64,000 nucleotides of DNA from assembly GCA_964247055.1 (NCBI GenBank), contig OZ176050.1:4154001-4218000 (forward strand), written 5' to 3'. Source of the stretch: Paragordius varius (Eukaryota; Animalia; Nematomorpha). The position numbers were made by a program, and so were the translations under genes. Positions 50,201-61,318 of the stretch are shown here, one piece after another. The notes below the pieces were generated by a model that saw only the letters and a list, made by a program, of their open reading frames with translations, did not search any database and was not told where the DNA came from. Within the stretch, counting starts at the first letter, position 1; each line of letters begins with the position of its first letter.

Positions 50201-51618
50201 ACAAAACGGAGAGGATGTATTTCCTTAACAGCCAAAAGTTTAGTCTTTTCAGACGCTGAAGAATCACAAAATTCGTGATTTTTAATCTGTGAATTCTTGT
50301 TATCATGAAAATGGGTGGTGGAAGTAGTGCCGCTCGCTATAAAAGCAAAAATGATTGGCGACTTAAAATCTTTGACCCAATTTATGTGCGCTAAACATTA
50401 AAAATTGAAAAGAAAATTTATTAAAATGACATTTTGGAATCTATCAAACATTTAAAGTTAAAAAGTAATAGGTACAGGTACTAAAACACCCCTTACATAA
50501 AACGTATATCCAAATTTTTATATCAAAAACAGCCGTTATAAGCTCATGCTGATTATCATAACTTCTCAGACAAGTGTTAGTATGTAAGATAAAACCATTA
50601 AAAGTTACGTTTACCTTTTTAAATACCAACTGGTATATGTTTTATTTTAAAATGAATTTATTAAGGTTAAGATGCGAATATTAACCATGTATTTTAGTCA
50701 AAATTGCGGTAACTTTATTAAAATTACTTAAGTATTTAATAAACTAAATTTAATCCATAAAAACAATAGCTTAACTTACCATTTTTGTGCAAAGATATAA
50801 ATTTTCCATTCGTGCCGTCGGCAATGTAGGTATCATTTTGTTCGGCCATATAGTATGTGGATGATTGATAAAAAGGCCCTGTCAGATCCTCATTTTCTGG
50901 AAACTCTGCAGGTTCCCGGAAAAGAGCCAATGCCTTTTCATCACCAATATTATCTATTTCCGTATCCAAATCATGACTCCTTTTGGCGGCGGAAAATTTA
51001 TTAACATTCAAATCATAAACATTGTAGGTTATGTTCCACAAAGGTGTCATACTCCTTGAATCATATGCCGTTAAACGATATTCTAACATATATAAATGAT
51101 ATTTACCAGACTGAAATAAGTTTATTATCGTAGGTTTTGGACTAACAAACAGTTTATCAAATAGTAAATTAGATTGTCCGGTTTCCGCATCAATTTTATA
51201 GACATAATCTTTTTTCTCACCTTAAACATTATAACAAAATGTTGTTACCTATATAAATGACTCCAGTTTTGGTTCGAAGCGGAGATATTTGCACAAGTTC
51301 TGGAATGGTAAATGGCATTACTTTCAATTTATATAAAGATGATATATTAACATATAGCGTTCCATCTCGAGGGTTTGGGTATATTTTACTTAAAAATTTA
51401 TATTATTAAAATTACAAGCTTTTCTCCGATGCCCATATTTGTGTCACAGGCAGAAAATTTGTTTTCCAAATAATATGACCAGTTGTACGATTAACGCACA
51501 ATAAATCACCATCCAAATTCATGACATACAAAACTCCGGATATGATTTTACATAACTGAATCAACTATAAATTTACAAAATGAAGTTTTACTAATAATAA
51601 CAGGCAACAAAATTTCAT
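41228..51618 (-). CDS. IRE1: IRE1 ER-stress sensor kinase/endoribonuclease, ~19 exons
   Basis: Signal peptide MKFCCLLLL|[10 protein letters not shown]. Luminal motifs [45 protein letters not shown]. One TM helix. Kinase [49 protein letters not shown] RNase [14 protein letters not shown]. Confidence 0.95.
44230..45150 (+). repeat. Interspersed repeat family B (~0.9 kb) in an IRE1 intron
   Basis: Collinear similarity to ~3695-4250 and to the reverse complement of ~52225-53220. Confidence 0.8.
51221..51248 (-). other. 28-nt GT-AG intron in IRE1
   Basis: Removal gives [19 protein letters not shown], matching IRE1 YMGKKQD...ID..TG. Confidence 0.85.
51389..51415 (-). other. 27-nt GT-AG intron in IRE1
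   Basis: GTAATTTTAATAATATAAATTTTTAAG. The unspliced frame reads TTG TAA; removal gives [11 protein letters not shown]. Confidence 0.85.
51565..51591 (-). other. 27-nt GT-AG first intron of IRE1
   Basis: GTAAAACTTCATTTTGTAAATTTATAG ends in an in-frame TAG. Removal assembles the signal peptide from ATG 51618. Confidence 0.8.
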
Positions 51619-51704
51619 TTCCTTTTTCGAAACGCTTTAACCCATATTGTAAATATTGCAAACACAGCAGATATATAAATGAATGAGTGACGTTATTTAA
51701 ATTT

Positions 51705-54602
51705 ATGATCAGTTCGGTTACTTTATTTTGGATTGTTGCTAGATTAATTGTTTCATATAGTTCTCAGGATTTAAAGCTTGCAACCACATTTTTGGTAAAA
51801 TTTTATTACCTTTATTCAACCCTTTTTGCATTTTATAAAATACGTATTTTTTAGATATACCGTCATGGTGATAGGAGTCCAGTTTGGTTCTATCCAACGG
51901 ACATGCACAAAGATTATTGGCCAAGTGGTCTTGGACAATTGACTAAAGTAAAAAAAAATTGGTTTTCCTATGTGTTTCGTAAATATTTATTCTTATTTTA
52001 GAATAATAAACTATAATAAAATTTATTCTTAGATCCTCTTTTAAAAAACGATTTTGTTTTAATTTGTCATAATTGAAATAAATACAAAAAATATTGATAT
52101 CACTAGACAACAATTTAACTTTTTTTAACTGCCATTCTTGTAAATTTAAAATTTATTTTATTAAAGTACATAATTAGTATATCTGAAAAGAAAATTGGTC
52201 TAGCATGAAAGGATTTTTTTTATATTAGAGTTTATCGATAATTTTTGCCCCCGATTTAACATTAAACTTGAAATTTCGAATTAAAAGTTTTAGATATAAA
52301 GCCATGTATTTTATATCATTCGAAAGAGCGCAAAATACTGCATCTTTTAAATGATAGTAAGTCATTTAAATCAATAGGATGTAAAAGTTATTTGGATTTA
52401 AATGGTCGAAATTTTCAATCCTTAAATAAGTCAAGACTTTTCACAGACAAACTAATTTGAAAATCATATAAATTATTTTAATATAATTATTAGGGTTGTA
52501 TTAGTATTTAATTTGCAAAAAATGTTTGAAAAAGCTTTTGGTTTGCTTTTTTAATAAAAATTGTTATTATCATAAATATTTTACCTAGTGGATACTAAAA
52601 TGCATAGTTATAACTGTAAATTTTATACATAATGACTATAAAAGAACAAAAATACCTTAAACTTTGTTTTTATCTTTAAAATTTCGAAATTATCAGCCTC
52701 GTAAAGAAAATAAATTAATATTGATGATATGATAATTTTTAAAAAACAAAAAACTAAAAAATGGCTGTTTTGAGTGACATAAAAGCAATAAAAAAATGTT
52801 TAAATTAAAAAAACTTTCTTATGTTATCTTTTTTGGACATTCATCACCATCTAAACAAAGTTTGGGCTATTTTCATCCATTAGTTTTAAAAATATAATAA
52901 TTAAAAAAATGCTCTCGCTTCGCGCGTTTGTCGGTCTCTGTGTCCAATATTAACTGTCGATGTAATACATATTAGTATGCATTTTATAGATTTTTTAATA
53001 CTTCGAATGATATATTACAAATGGGCATTACTTGTATATTTTCAAAGAAAAACATTTTTTAGTAAAATTTTGATAAAGAGGGCGTTAATCAAAAAAATCA
53101 AATTATACAAAATTCTTCCAACGAGTTATAAATTTTATTTCAGATTTGCTGTTAAAAAGATACTAAATATCAGAAAATGCAAAAAACTCAAGTGGCAGAA
53201 AAATTTGTTGTCCAGTGTATTCTTTTAATATGAACTAAGCCTACCCATTTAAGAGGTTTTTTATTGTTTGTTTATTTAATTAGACATTTAATTCTTTTTC
53301 TTGGTGGTTTTTATTATGATTTTCAGATCTTGTTATATAATTCTAATATTTTTATGAATTTATATATGCTTAGTTGGGTATGCGACAAGAATATCAATTG
53401 GGAACTGAAATTCGTGCCAAATACATAAACACGTTGTCATTCCTCAATGAGAGTTATAGGCGAGAGGACATTTATATTCGGAGCACGGATGTTGACCGAA
53501 CTCTTATGAGTGCTCAATCTGTGTTAGCCGGTCTTTATCCCCCAAACGGTACTTTCCCCATCGATCAGTTATGGAATAAACATTTGAATTGGCAACCGAT
53601 CCCAGTTCATACGATACCCATAACGGAAGATTATGTAAGATGTGATATTAACCTTTTAATGAGACTTTTTACATTACCCATATAAACCGTTTTTTCAAAC
53701 TAGTTCTTACATAAGATCAATAATTTGTTTCACAAAACATTAATATCTAATATATATTTTCAGATTGACGACAAACATGTTTCTCATAAAATTTTGCTTT
53801 TAAAATATAAGGTTTGTTTTAGAATGAAATTGTGCGAATAAAATTATTGTTTTAATAGAAAAAATGTTACTTTTGAATAAAAAAACAGTGTATTTTTGAT
53901 TAAATTTTTTTAAAAAATAAATGGTATTTTTATAAATATTGTTACCTTAGATTTTAAATGACTTGGAGAGATAAAATGTTTTGATATAAATAAATTATAT
54001 TTTAAATGTTTTAGAAATCTATTAAATGAGATTTAATTGAAAAAAATCCTATTTTTTTTTACAACTGTTAACTTCATACATCCCACAAAATAACTAAATG
54101 GCTATTTTTGCCATAAATTTTATCAATATAAATTATATATCGACTTTAATATAATATGAGAATTCAAACCCCATTTTTTTTGAAATAGCCATGTTTTTTT
54201 CCATAATTCCGGGTATTGTATAAGATCAATACGAACATGTTATGGATTTCAAATTTAATTATAATATTAATTAACCCATTAATTATAAATGTCATATCCA
54301 AAAATCATTTATTAGTTGCTCAATGCTGGTGGATCTTGTCCCTTGTTCAAAAAAATGGAAAATAATATTTGGCGCAATGATCCGAACGCAACTCAGATAA
54401 ATCAAGATTTTAAGGTAAGTTAGGTCTTTAAATTATAATCATTTCATTGGTTTCACCAATGTTGTTTATGTTAAATTAGGGATAAATTTTTAAAGTTTAA
54501 TGAAAATTACTTTTATATTTTTGGAAATATTTTGTTTAATAAATTTCAAGACGTTTGTACTCATGAATGCATTCAAGATCATTCCGACTCAACTGTAGTT
54601 TC

Positions 54603-54640
<38 letters not shown>

Positions 54641-57600
54641 ATATTTGGTATAAATTATAAAACTTTTTTTCTATATTTTTCATATAGCAAATTTTCAAGA
54701 TGCTAGAGAATAAAACAGGTGTTCAGCCGTTTTCTCTGGGTTCATTGGATTATTTTGTTGATTCATTGATATGTCAGGTAATATTAAATTTAATAAAAAC
54801 AATTTTTAACCATTATAACATAAATTTATTTTCTATTAATAACAATCAATAATTATTTCATTAAACCGTCTTATTGAAAAAAATTATTTAAGTTTTTTCT
54901 AAATCATAATTTTCCCAAATATATTTTTTTGCATTAAAGGTTTCACACAATTTAACTTTACCGGATTGGTTAAACGCTTCCCTTATCAATGCAATGTTTT
55001 CACTTCATAATCTTCGTTTCCAACTCAATTATAAGTATGAGAAAATGCAGACTTTAGCTACTGGTAAAATAATTTACAAAAAAAATTTGTTAATTTTTTT
55101 TGTTTTAATGTAAATTAGTTATAAAAAATACTGCAATAATAAACAATGAAATAAGGCGTAAATCATAAATATAAAGTCAAACTTTACATAAAAAGTTGTT
55201 GATTAGAGAAACTTGTCGGTAATTTTAAATTAGGAATATTTTTGGTTTTTTAATGAATATTTGACACCTTTAAATGAGTTTACTATTTTTAAAAATATTT
55301 ATATTTAACCCTTATGATTTAAATTTTAAGAGCATTGATTTTTTTTCTATATAATTTTATTTTTTAGGTTCATTATTGAAAGATATGTTTACTGTTATGA
55401 ATTATAAGGAGGAACAATATGCATTATATGGTCAGGATCAGGAAACTCATTCTCAAATTAATCGCTCAGATATTGATTTTAGAGCTGGAAAAACAGCTTT
55501 AAATTACACCTCACATAAATTTTTTATGTATTCTGCGGTATAGTCATGAATAATATTACGTTTTTTTTCTATATCAAATATATGTGTAAAATTTATTAAG
55601 AAAAATATATTAACATAAAAAGTAAAAAAGTTTAAGTAAAAAAATCTTTTAGCGTATTATAAAGTCATAATTTTTCCTAAAATATCTTATATGATTTTTC
55701 CTAAAATATAGATCTAAGGGTTTTTTTATTGTTGACTTTGTAATATAAACAAACTTTAATATTTAAAAAGTGTTAATTTTGAATGTTAACGTCTACGAAT
55801 CATCATATATAATTTGATATTTTAAAAGATAATATGTAAACACTAAAAGTTTTTAGAAAAGACAACCACTCTTTTTACACCTTATATTGATATAACCTGT
55901 CGTTTTGGGTTACGTATAGATGGAAAGAGTTTTACAGTATGCATTTTAATGTATGTTAAGTAATTTTTATTGCCTGCCAAATAACATAAATGGTTTATCA
56001 AAAGCGTAAAATACTGACCCACGAAATTATTTCGTAGTACACATATGAAAGAAGATTGACGTGAGAATTAACATAGGCTTTAATTTGATGGATATTTTGT
56101 AATGTTAAATTTTGAGAATATTATAGCAAATTATGTTAACATTTGTAATATTGTTGTTACGTATTTAGATGCGGAATTTTGTGGGTTTTTATCTTTGATA
56201 AATTAATAAATGTAAAATACGTATTTTAAGATTTTTAATGTTAATTATTCCTAAATTTAATAATAAATATTTTTCAAGATGCTAAATACGTGTATTAATG
56301 AATATTGGTATTATAATTTTATATAGTTGTTACTACCAATTAAAAAACACAGGTAAATATATATTTGTGAAAATTTAAGTAGATTTTAGATTTTTGTCTT
56401 TTATATTTTGGTTAATTATTAATAATTTTTAAGTATTTCAGACATTTTAATCAGGTAAAATTCGGTTTTTAAATTTAGTAAAATTTAATTTTTTTGTTTT
56501 TTTATGTAACATTGTTAATTGTAATCAATTACAACATATTTTGGACATTTTAATAAATACAGGTAAAAATTGCGGTTTTAAATAACTTTAGTAAAAATTT
56601 AGTTTTTTTTGTTTTTTTATGTTTTGCATTGTTAATTGTAATTAATTACTACATATTTTGGATATAATTAATACAGGTAAAAATTGCGGTTTTTAACAAA
56701 TTTAGTAAAAATAAGTCTTTTTTTGGTTTTTTAGGTTTTGTATTTTTAATTGTAATTAATTACTACATATTTCGGACATTATAATAAATACAGATAAAAT
56801 TGCGGTTGTTTATATATTTGGTATTATTTTATTTAACATTGTTAATCGTAATTAATTCCTACATATTTGGAAATTTTAATAATTACAGGTGAAAACGGTT
56901 TTTAACGAATTTCAAATTTAACATTTTTTGTATTTTGTATCATTGTTATTTAATTAATTACTAAATATTTTGGACATTTAAAAAACTGGTGTAAATTGCG
57001 GTTTTTAATAAATTAATATACAGGTAAAAATTACTATGACTTGCGGTTTTTTGAATTTTTTAAAATATTTTTTTTACATTGATAACTTATATAATAAATA
57101 TAGTTAACATATCTGAGTAGGTAAAAATGCATGTTACGGTTTTATGTTTGACATTTTATTTTCCAAATCAACTATTTATATTTTAACAAACACCTTATGT
57201 CACCAAAGATTGAAAATAAGATCAAGATATATAAAACATCTTTTAAAGTATCTGAATATCGCCAAATATAAATAAATTTATTTAAATTATAAATGTATAA
57301 TTATACAAAATATTCATATTATGTTTGAAATTAACATTCTTCTTATTGATATTAATACAGGTAATTTGTTTATATAAATGATGTACGATGCGGTGTGCGT
57401 TCATGATGATCATATAAATTGAAGAATAGTATAAGATGCAGATAATCCTGAAAATTTTAATCACCATCATTTTTTAGGTAGATTCTATCACCTAAAATAT
57501 AAGATAATTGATATATTAGAAAATTGATACCTGGATTAAATATTGGGAGAAACATTCATAGTTTGAAAGGGAACTCAAAAGGTTGACTTGGCTTTTTAAC

Positions 57601-59442
57601 AACTAAATTTGCAAAAAAATATTTTCTTCATGATAAAAAATTTAAAAATGATACCTTATTTTACGTTTTCGTTTTACCATCCTAAACTATAAATATAAAA
57701 AATTATTCACCAAAGCAAACAATGTTAGTGTTGCCTGCTTTTGGAGTGCTGTTGCATTCCAAGCTTTTGAAAAAAATTATTTGTTTCTATTTTCTATTTG
57801 ACGTCATTGGTATGGTGAAATCATATAAGCCTTTTCATATTTATAGTTTAGGATGGTAGAACGTAAAAAAACATAAAGTATCATTTTTGAATATTTTATC
57901 ATGAAGAAAATATTTTTTTGCAAATTTAGTTGTTAAAAAGCCAAGTCAACCTTTTGAGTTCCCTTTCAAACTATGAATGTTTCTCCCAATATTTAATCCA
58001 GGTATCAATTTTCTAATATATCAATTATCTTATATTTTAGGTGATAGAATATACCTAAAAAATGATGGTGATTAAAATTTTCAGGATTATCTGCATCTTA
58101 TACTATTCTTCAATTTATTGTGATTATTTCGGTGTTTAAATTAAATCAAGGTTAGAAAAAGTCTGTTTTCAAAAAATATGACAAACCCAAAATTGAAGGT
58201 TGAAATTTTTAGGTTTAAGTTTTGTTTTTATAATTTTGTACGCTTAAATTTTTAGCATGATACAACGCTAACGGCTCTTTTGTCGGCACTCGATTCGTTT
58301 GCCCTGAATCCCGAAATATCATTCCCATACTATTCGGCAGCAATTTTCATAGAATTTTACCGAAACACTAGTGATGGAGTCCTTTTTGTCAAAGTATAAT
58401 ATATACTTTAGGTGATTAAAAGGAATTTTGTATTGAATTTTAGCAATTACATGTCATCATAAATAGAAATATTAATAAATAGCTAGTAAAGAAGATTTTT
58501 TAACAATTATTTTCATAAGTTTTTATGTTTGTGGATAAAGTTAAAGCATATATTTTATTGATACACAAATTTTTTCTTTGTGATTAGCTCCTTTATAGAA
58601 ACACTCCACTTGTTTACCATAGAAATATCGGAATCGTCAAGAATTATACTATTACCCAAATCGTTTTACCAGGTTTCCCCTATATATTAACTACACATTT
58701 TCCCTACATAAATATTTTATAATGGATTTTGGTTAATAATTTTTTTATATTAGGTTGTGAAAAAAGTGAATTTTGTCCTTACAAAACTTTTAAAGCAAGT
58801 CTGGCCTCCAGAATTCCCATTGATATTGCGAGTGAATGCTCAGCCAATTATATTGTCTCATATTGCAATGCTTCAGGTAAATTTACTATGTTATGTGTGA
58901 CTTTTTTGTAACTTCTTTAATAAAAAGCAAAGATAATTTTTAATCATTATAAATTTTATTGTAAATAATACCTTTGTACTTACTGTATTTCTTTTGATTC
59001 ATTTTTTATTTAAGTTAATGTGAATATGTTGCAATAGAAAATCGCTTCCATAGTTATATTTATAAACTCTCAACAAACATTAGTAAATTCAATATATTTT
59101 TCCATTTACACAATAAACATTATTTTTTCTTGTTTTTACCTATAAATTTATATGTTACGCTTTCTTTATTTTACTTTAGGTAATAATTGGGTAACATGTT
59201 ACATGATTGTACCATTCCTGGCTTGCTGTGCCCTTTTTATCCCTCTTTGGATTTTGGTGACTTATTTGATGCGAAAAAGACGTATGGCTTTAGCTCAAGA
59301 CCCTGAGAGGCGACCATTAACTGGATTTCATGTTGATAATACTAATAATATTCAACAAAATGTCCCCATTTATCATGACGATTATGACTATGATGATATT
59401 GAAAATAACAATCGCCCAGAAAAGACCAGTACTACATTGTAA
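51705..59442 (+). CDS. Histidine acid phosphatase, lysosomal/prostatic type, with signal peptide and C-terminal TM helix; ~11 exons
   Basis: IYRHGDRSP (51857-51947), [29 protein letters not shown]|HDTT, LPGC...FCP, hydrophobic TM followed by RKRR and a Tyr-containing tail. ACP2-like, but orthology is not certain. Confidence 0.92.
52225..53220 (-). repeat. Interspersed repeat family B (~1 kb), inverted copy in an acid phosphatase intron
   Basis: Reverse complement matches ~44230-45150 from end to end. Confidence 0.8.
56440..57060 (+). repeat. Degenerate tandem repeat, ~110-115 bp unit, ~5-6 copies
   Basis: Recurring ACAGGTAAAAATTGCGGTTTT...CATTGTTAATTGTAATTAATTACTACATATTTTGGA at ~56453, 56560, 56673, 56790, 56886 and partial copies after. 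Confidence 0.85.
57414..58118. mobile_element. Foldback element with ~295-bp near-identical inverted arms and ~120-bp spacer
   Basis: ~57414-57710 is the reverse complement of ~57830-58118 with a few mismatches. Confidence 0.88.
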
Positions 59443-59518
59443 GTATTTATACTGATTTATTACGGGAAAATTTAAGAAGATAGGGTGTTGTAACATATGT
59501 CAAACGCTAGTTTAAGTA

Positions 59519-59664
59519 CAGTATGAATTTTAATGGTCGCTTATTTCACGCAAAAACAACAAAATGATCAATAAACACTTATTTGATTTCTTTTTTTCAT
59601 ACACTCCTGTGTTACAATTTGCCTTACTATAGTGTGAAATAAGCAACCATTAAAATGAATACTG
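59519..59664. mobile_element. MITE family D copy with internal deletion, just 3' of the acid phosphatase stop
   Basis: TA|CAGTATGAATTTTAATGGT...ACCATTAAAATGAATACTG|TA; right half matches 38731-38908. Confidence 0.82.
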
Positions 59665-61318
59665 TATATCAGTAAGATGAGTAATTACAGTAAAAATTGA
59701 AATTAACGGAAAATTATAAGGACAATTTTTTGATAAAAGCCAACCATTTAAACTTGATTTTTTTTAATACAACCCATTGAAACTCCAAAATATAAAATAG
59801 CAATTTGAAAATAAATTACGTATTTACGATTTAAAATATTAAGGTTTAGAATGGTTATTTTTTGAAAAAATATTTGTCTTTATGTTTTTACCTTTTGTCT
59901 GTATCTATTTATACTAATTTTACTTCCTCTCTGGATAATCCAATTACTGTATATATAAAAACTGACTTTATTTTAGGATATTTCATATAGCTGTATAAAA
60001 GTTTTATATATAATTAGACCTAAAAATATATTTTAGAATTTGATAATCTTTCATTTTTAGACAACTCTTTGTTAATTACCTGAACTTATCTTTTCTCTAT
60101 TATTAAATATCTTAAATCAGGCTTACTTACTCATTTGCATAAAATTTAAATATACATTTGTATCTAGCATTATTGTTTGTTAAATTTTTGAATGTAAAAA
60201 ATTTTTTTTCAAGTAACTTAATTTTATTTTATATCTCAAGGAAATCCGAAAATATTTTGACTAATACTAACAATGCAACGCCTATAATGTCTGATGGATA
60301 TACGCCTCTTCCCACCGTAGAATATTAAATGATTCCAATTTACTAAATTTTATATAATGGATCAATGATTAAATAATTTATATCACAAAATTTAATATTT
60401 TTATGAGAAAAAAATAATTATAAAGTGAAAAAATATGATTATAGTGTATTGCAGAGTTTACTATATATCAATTGATAACAATTAAAATAAATCTATTTTG
60501 ATATACATGATAGCTTAGATGTAATGTTTCTAGCCAAAAATATCAGAATTAAAAAACTAAAATGTAAGAACTCAAAATTAAATAGTTTTAAATAAAAACA
60601 GCTATAATTTTTAAGGTTAAAATTAATTAGAATTGTTAATATGTAGTTGAGTATATCAACATGTATTTTTAATCCTTATTTTGCAACCCAACGTAGTTAA
60701 AATATGAATGTTTTTATAAAAAAGTATTGTAGTTTTACTTTTTGTTTTTTTTTCCAATTCTTACCCCTGGTGAGAAGACATTTAAGCTGAAAATGTCAAA
60801 CATAAAGCATGATTAAAACAATAATCTTACTTAAAATATATATAAATTTAAACAAAAATAATTACCATATAATTTATTGAATAAATGAAAATCACTGCAT
60901 CGACATTCTAATAATACATGCACCTATTTAATTAATAACTAAGCATTTTTAAATTAAGCGATGAATAAAATTTCATTATTTTGACTTAGATATGTATAAA
61001 AAAGTATAAATTTGCCGAAATAGACCCAACAACCAACATAAATATACATTTTATGGGGAAAAAAGGAGTATTTAAATTGGGAATATGTTATTATAGAATT
61101 GAGGTAAATAATAAGCATAATTTGCAAAAATGAATAATTGAGTATTAATTATAGCAAAAAAACATAAAAAATTGTAAAAATATATGTTTGCACGCGACAC
61201 ATTTAAAAATTTGCGTAGACAAAAAAAGAAAAAAAGGGATAAAAATATGCCGCCAATTGTATATCATAATCTTTTTGTCCCAATATATTGAAGAGAAAAA
61301 AATATTATTTTTCATATA

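Noticed and set aside
56440-57060. CRISPR-like array
   Set aside because: Eukaryotic intron, degenerate whole-unit tandem repeat, no unique spacers, no cas genes.
58396-58413. Apparent ~18-nt intron (GTATAATATATACTTTAG) in the acid phosphatase
   Set aside because: A phase-0 acceptor at ~58587 gives FVK|LLYRNT, matching the family motif and the downstream frame; the 18-nt option leads to a stop.
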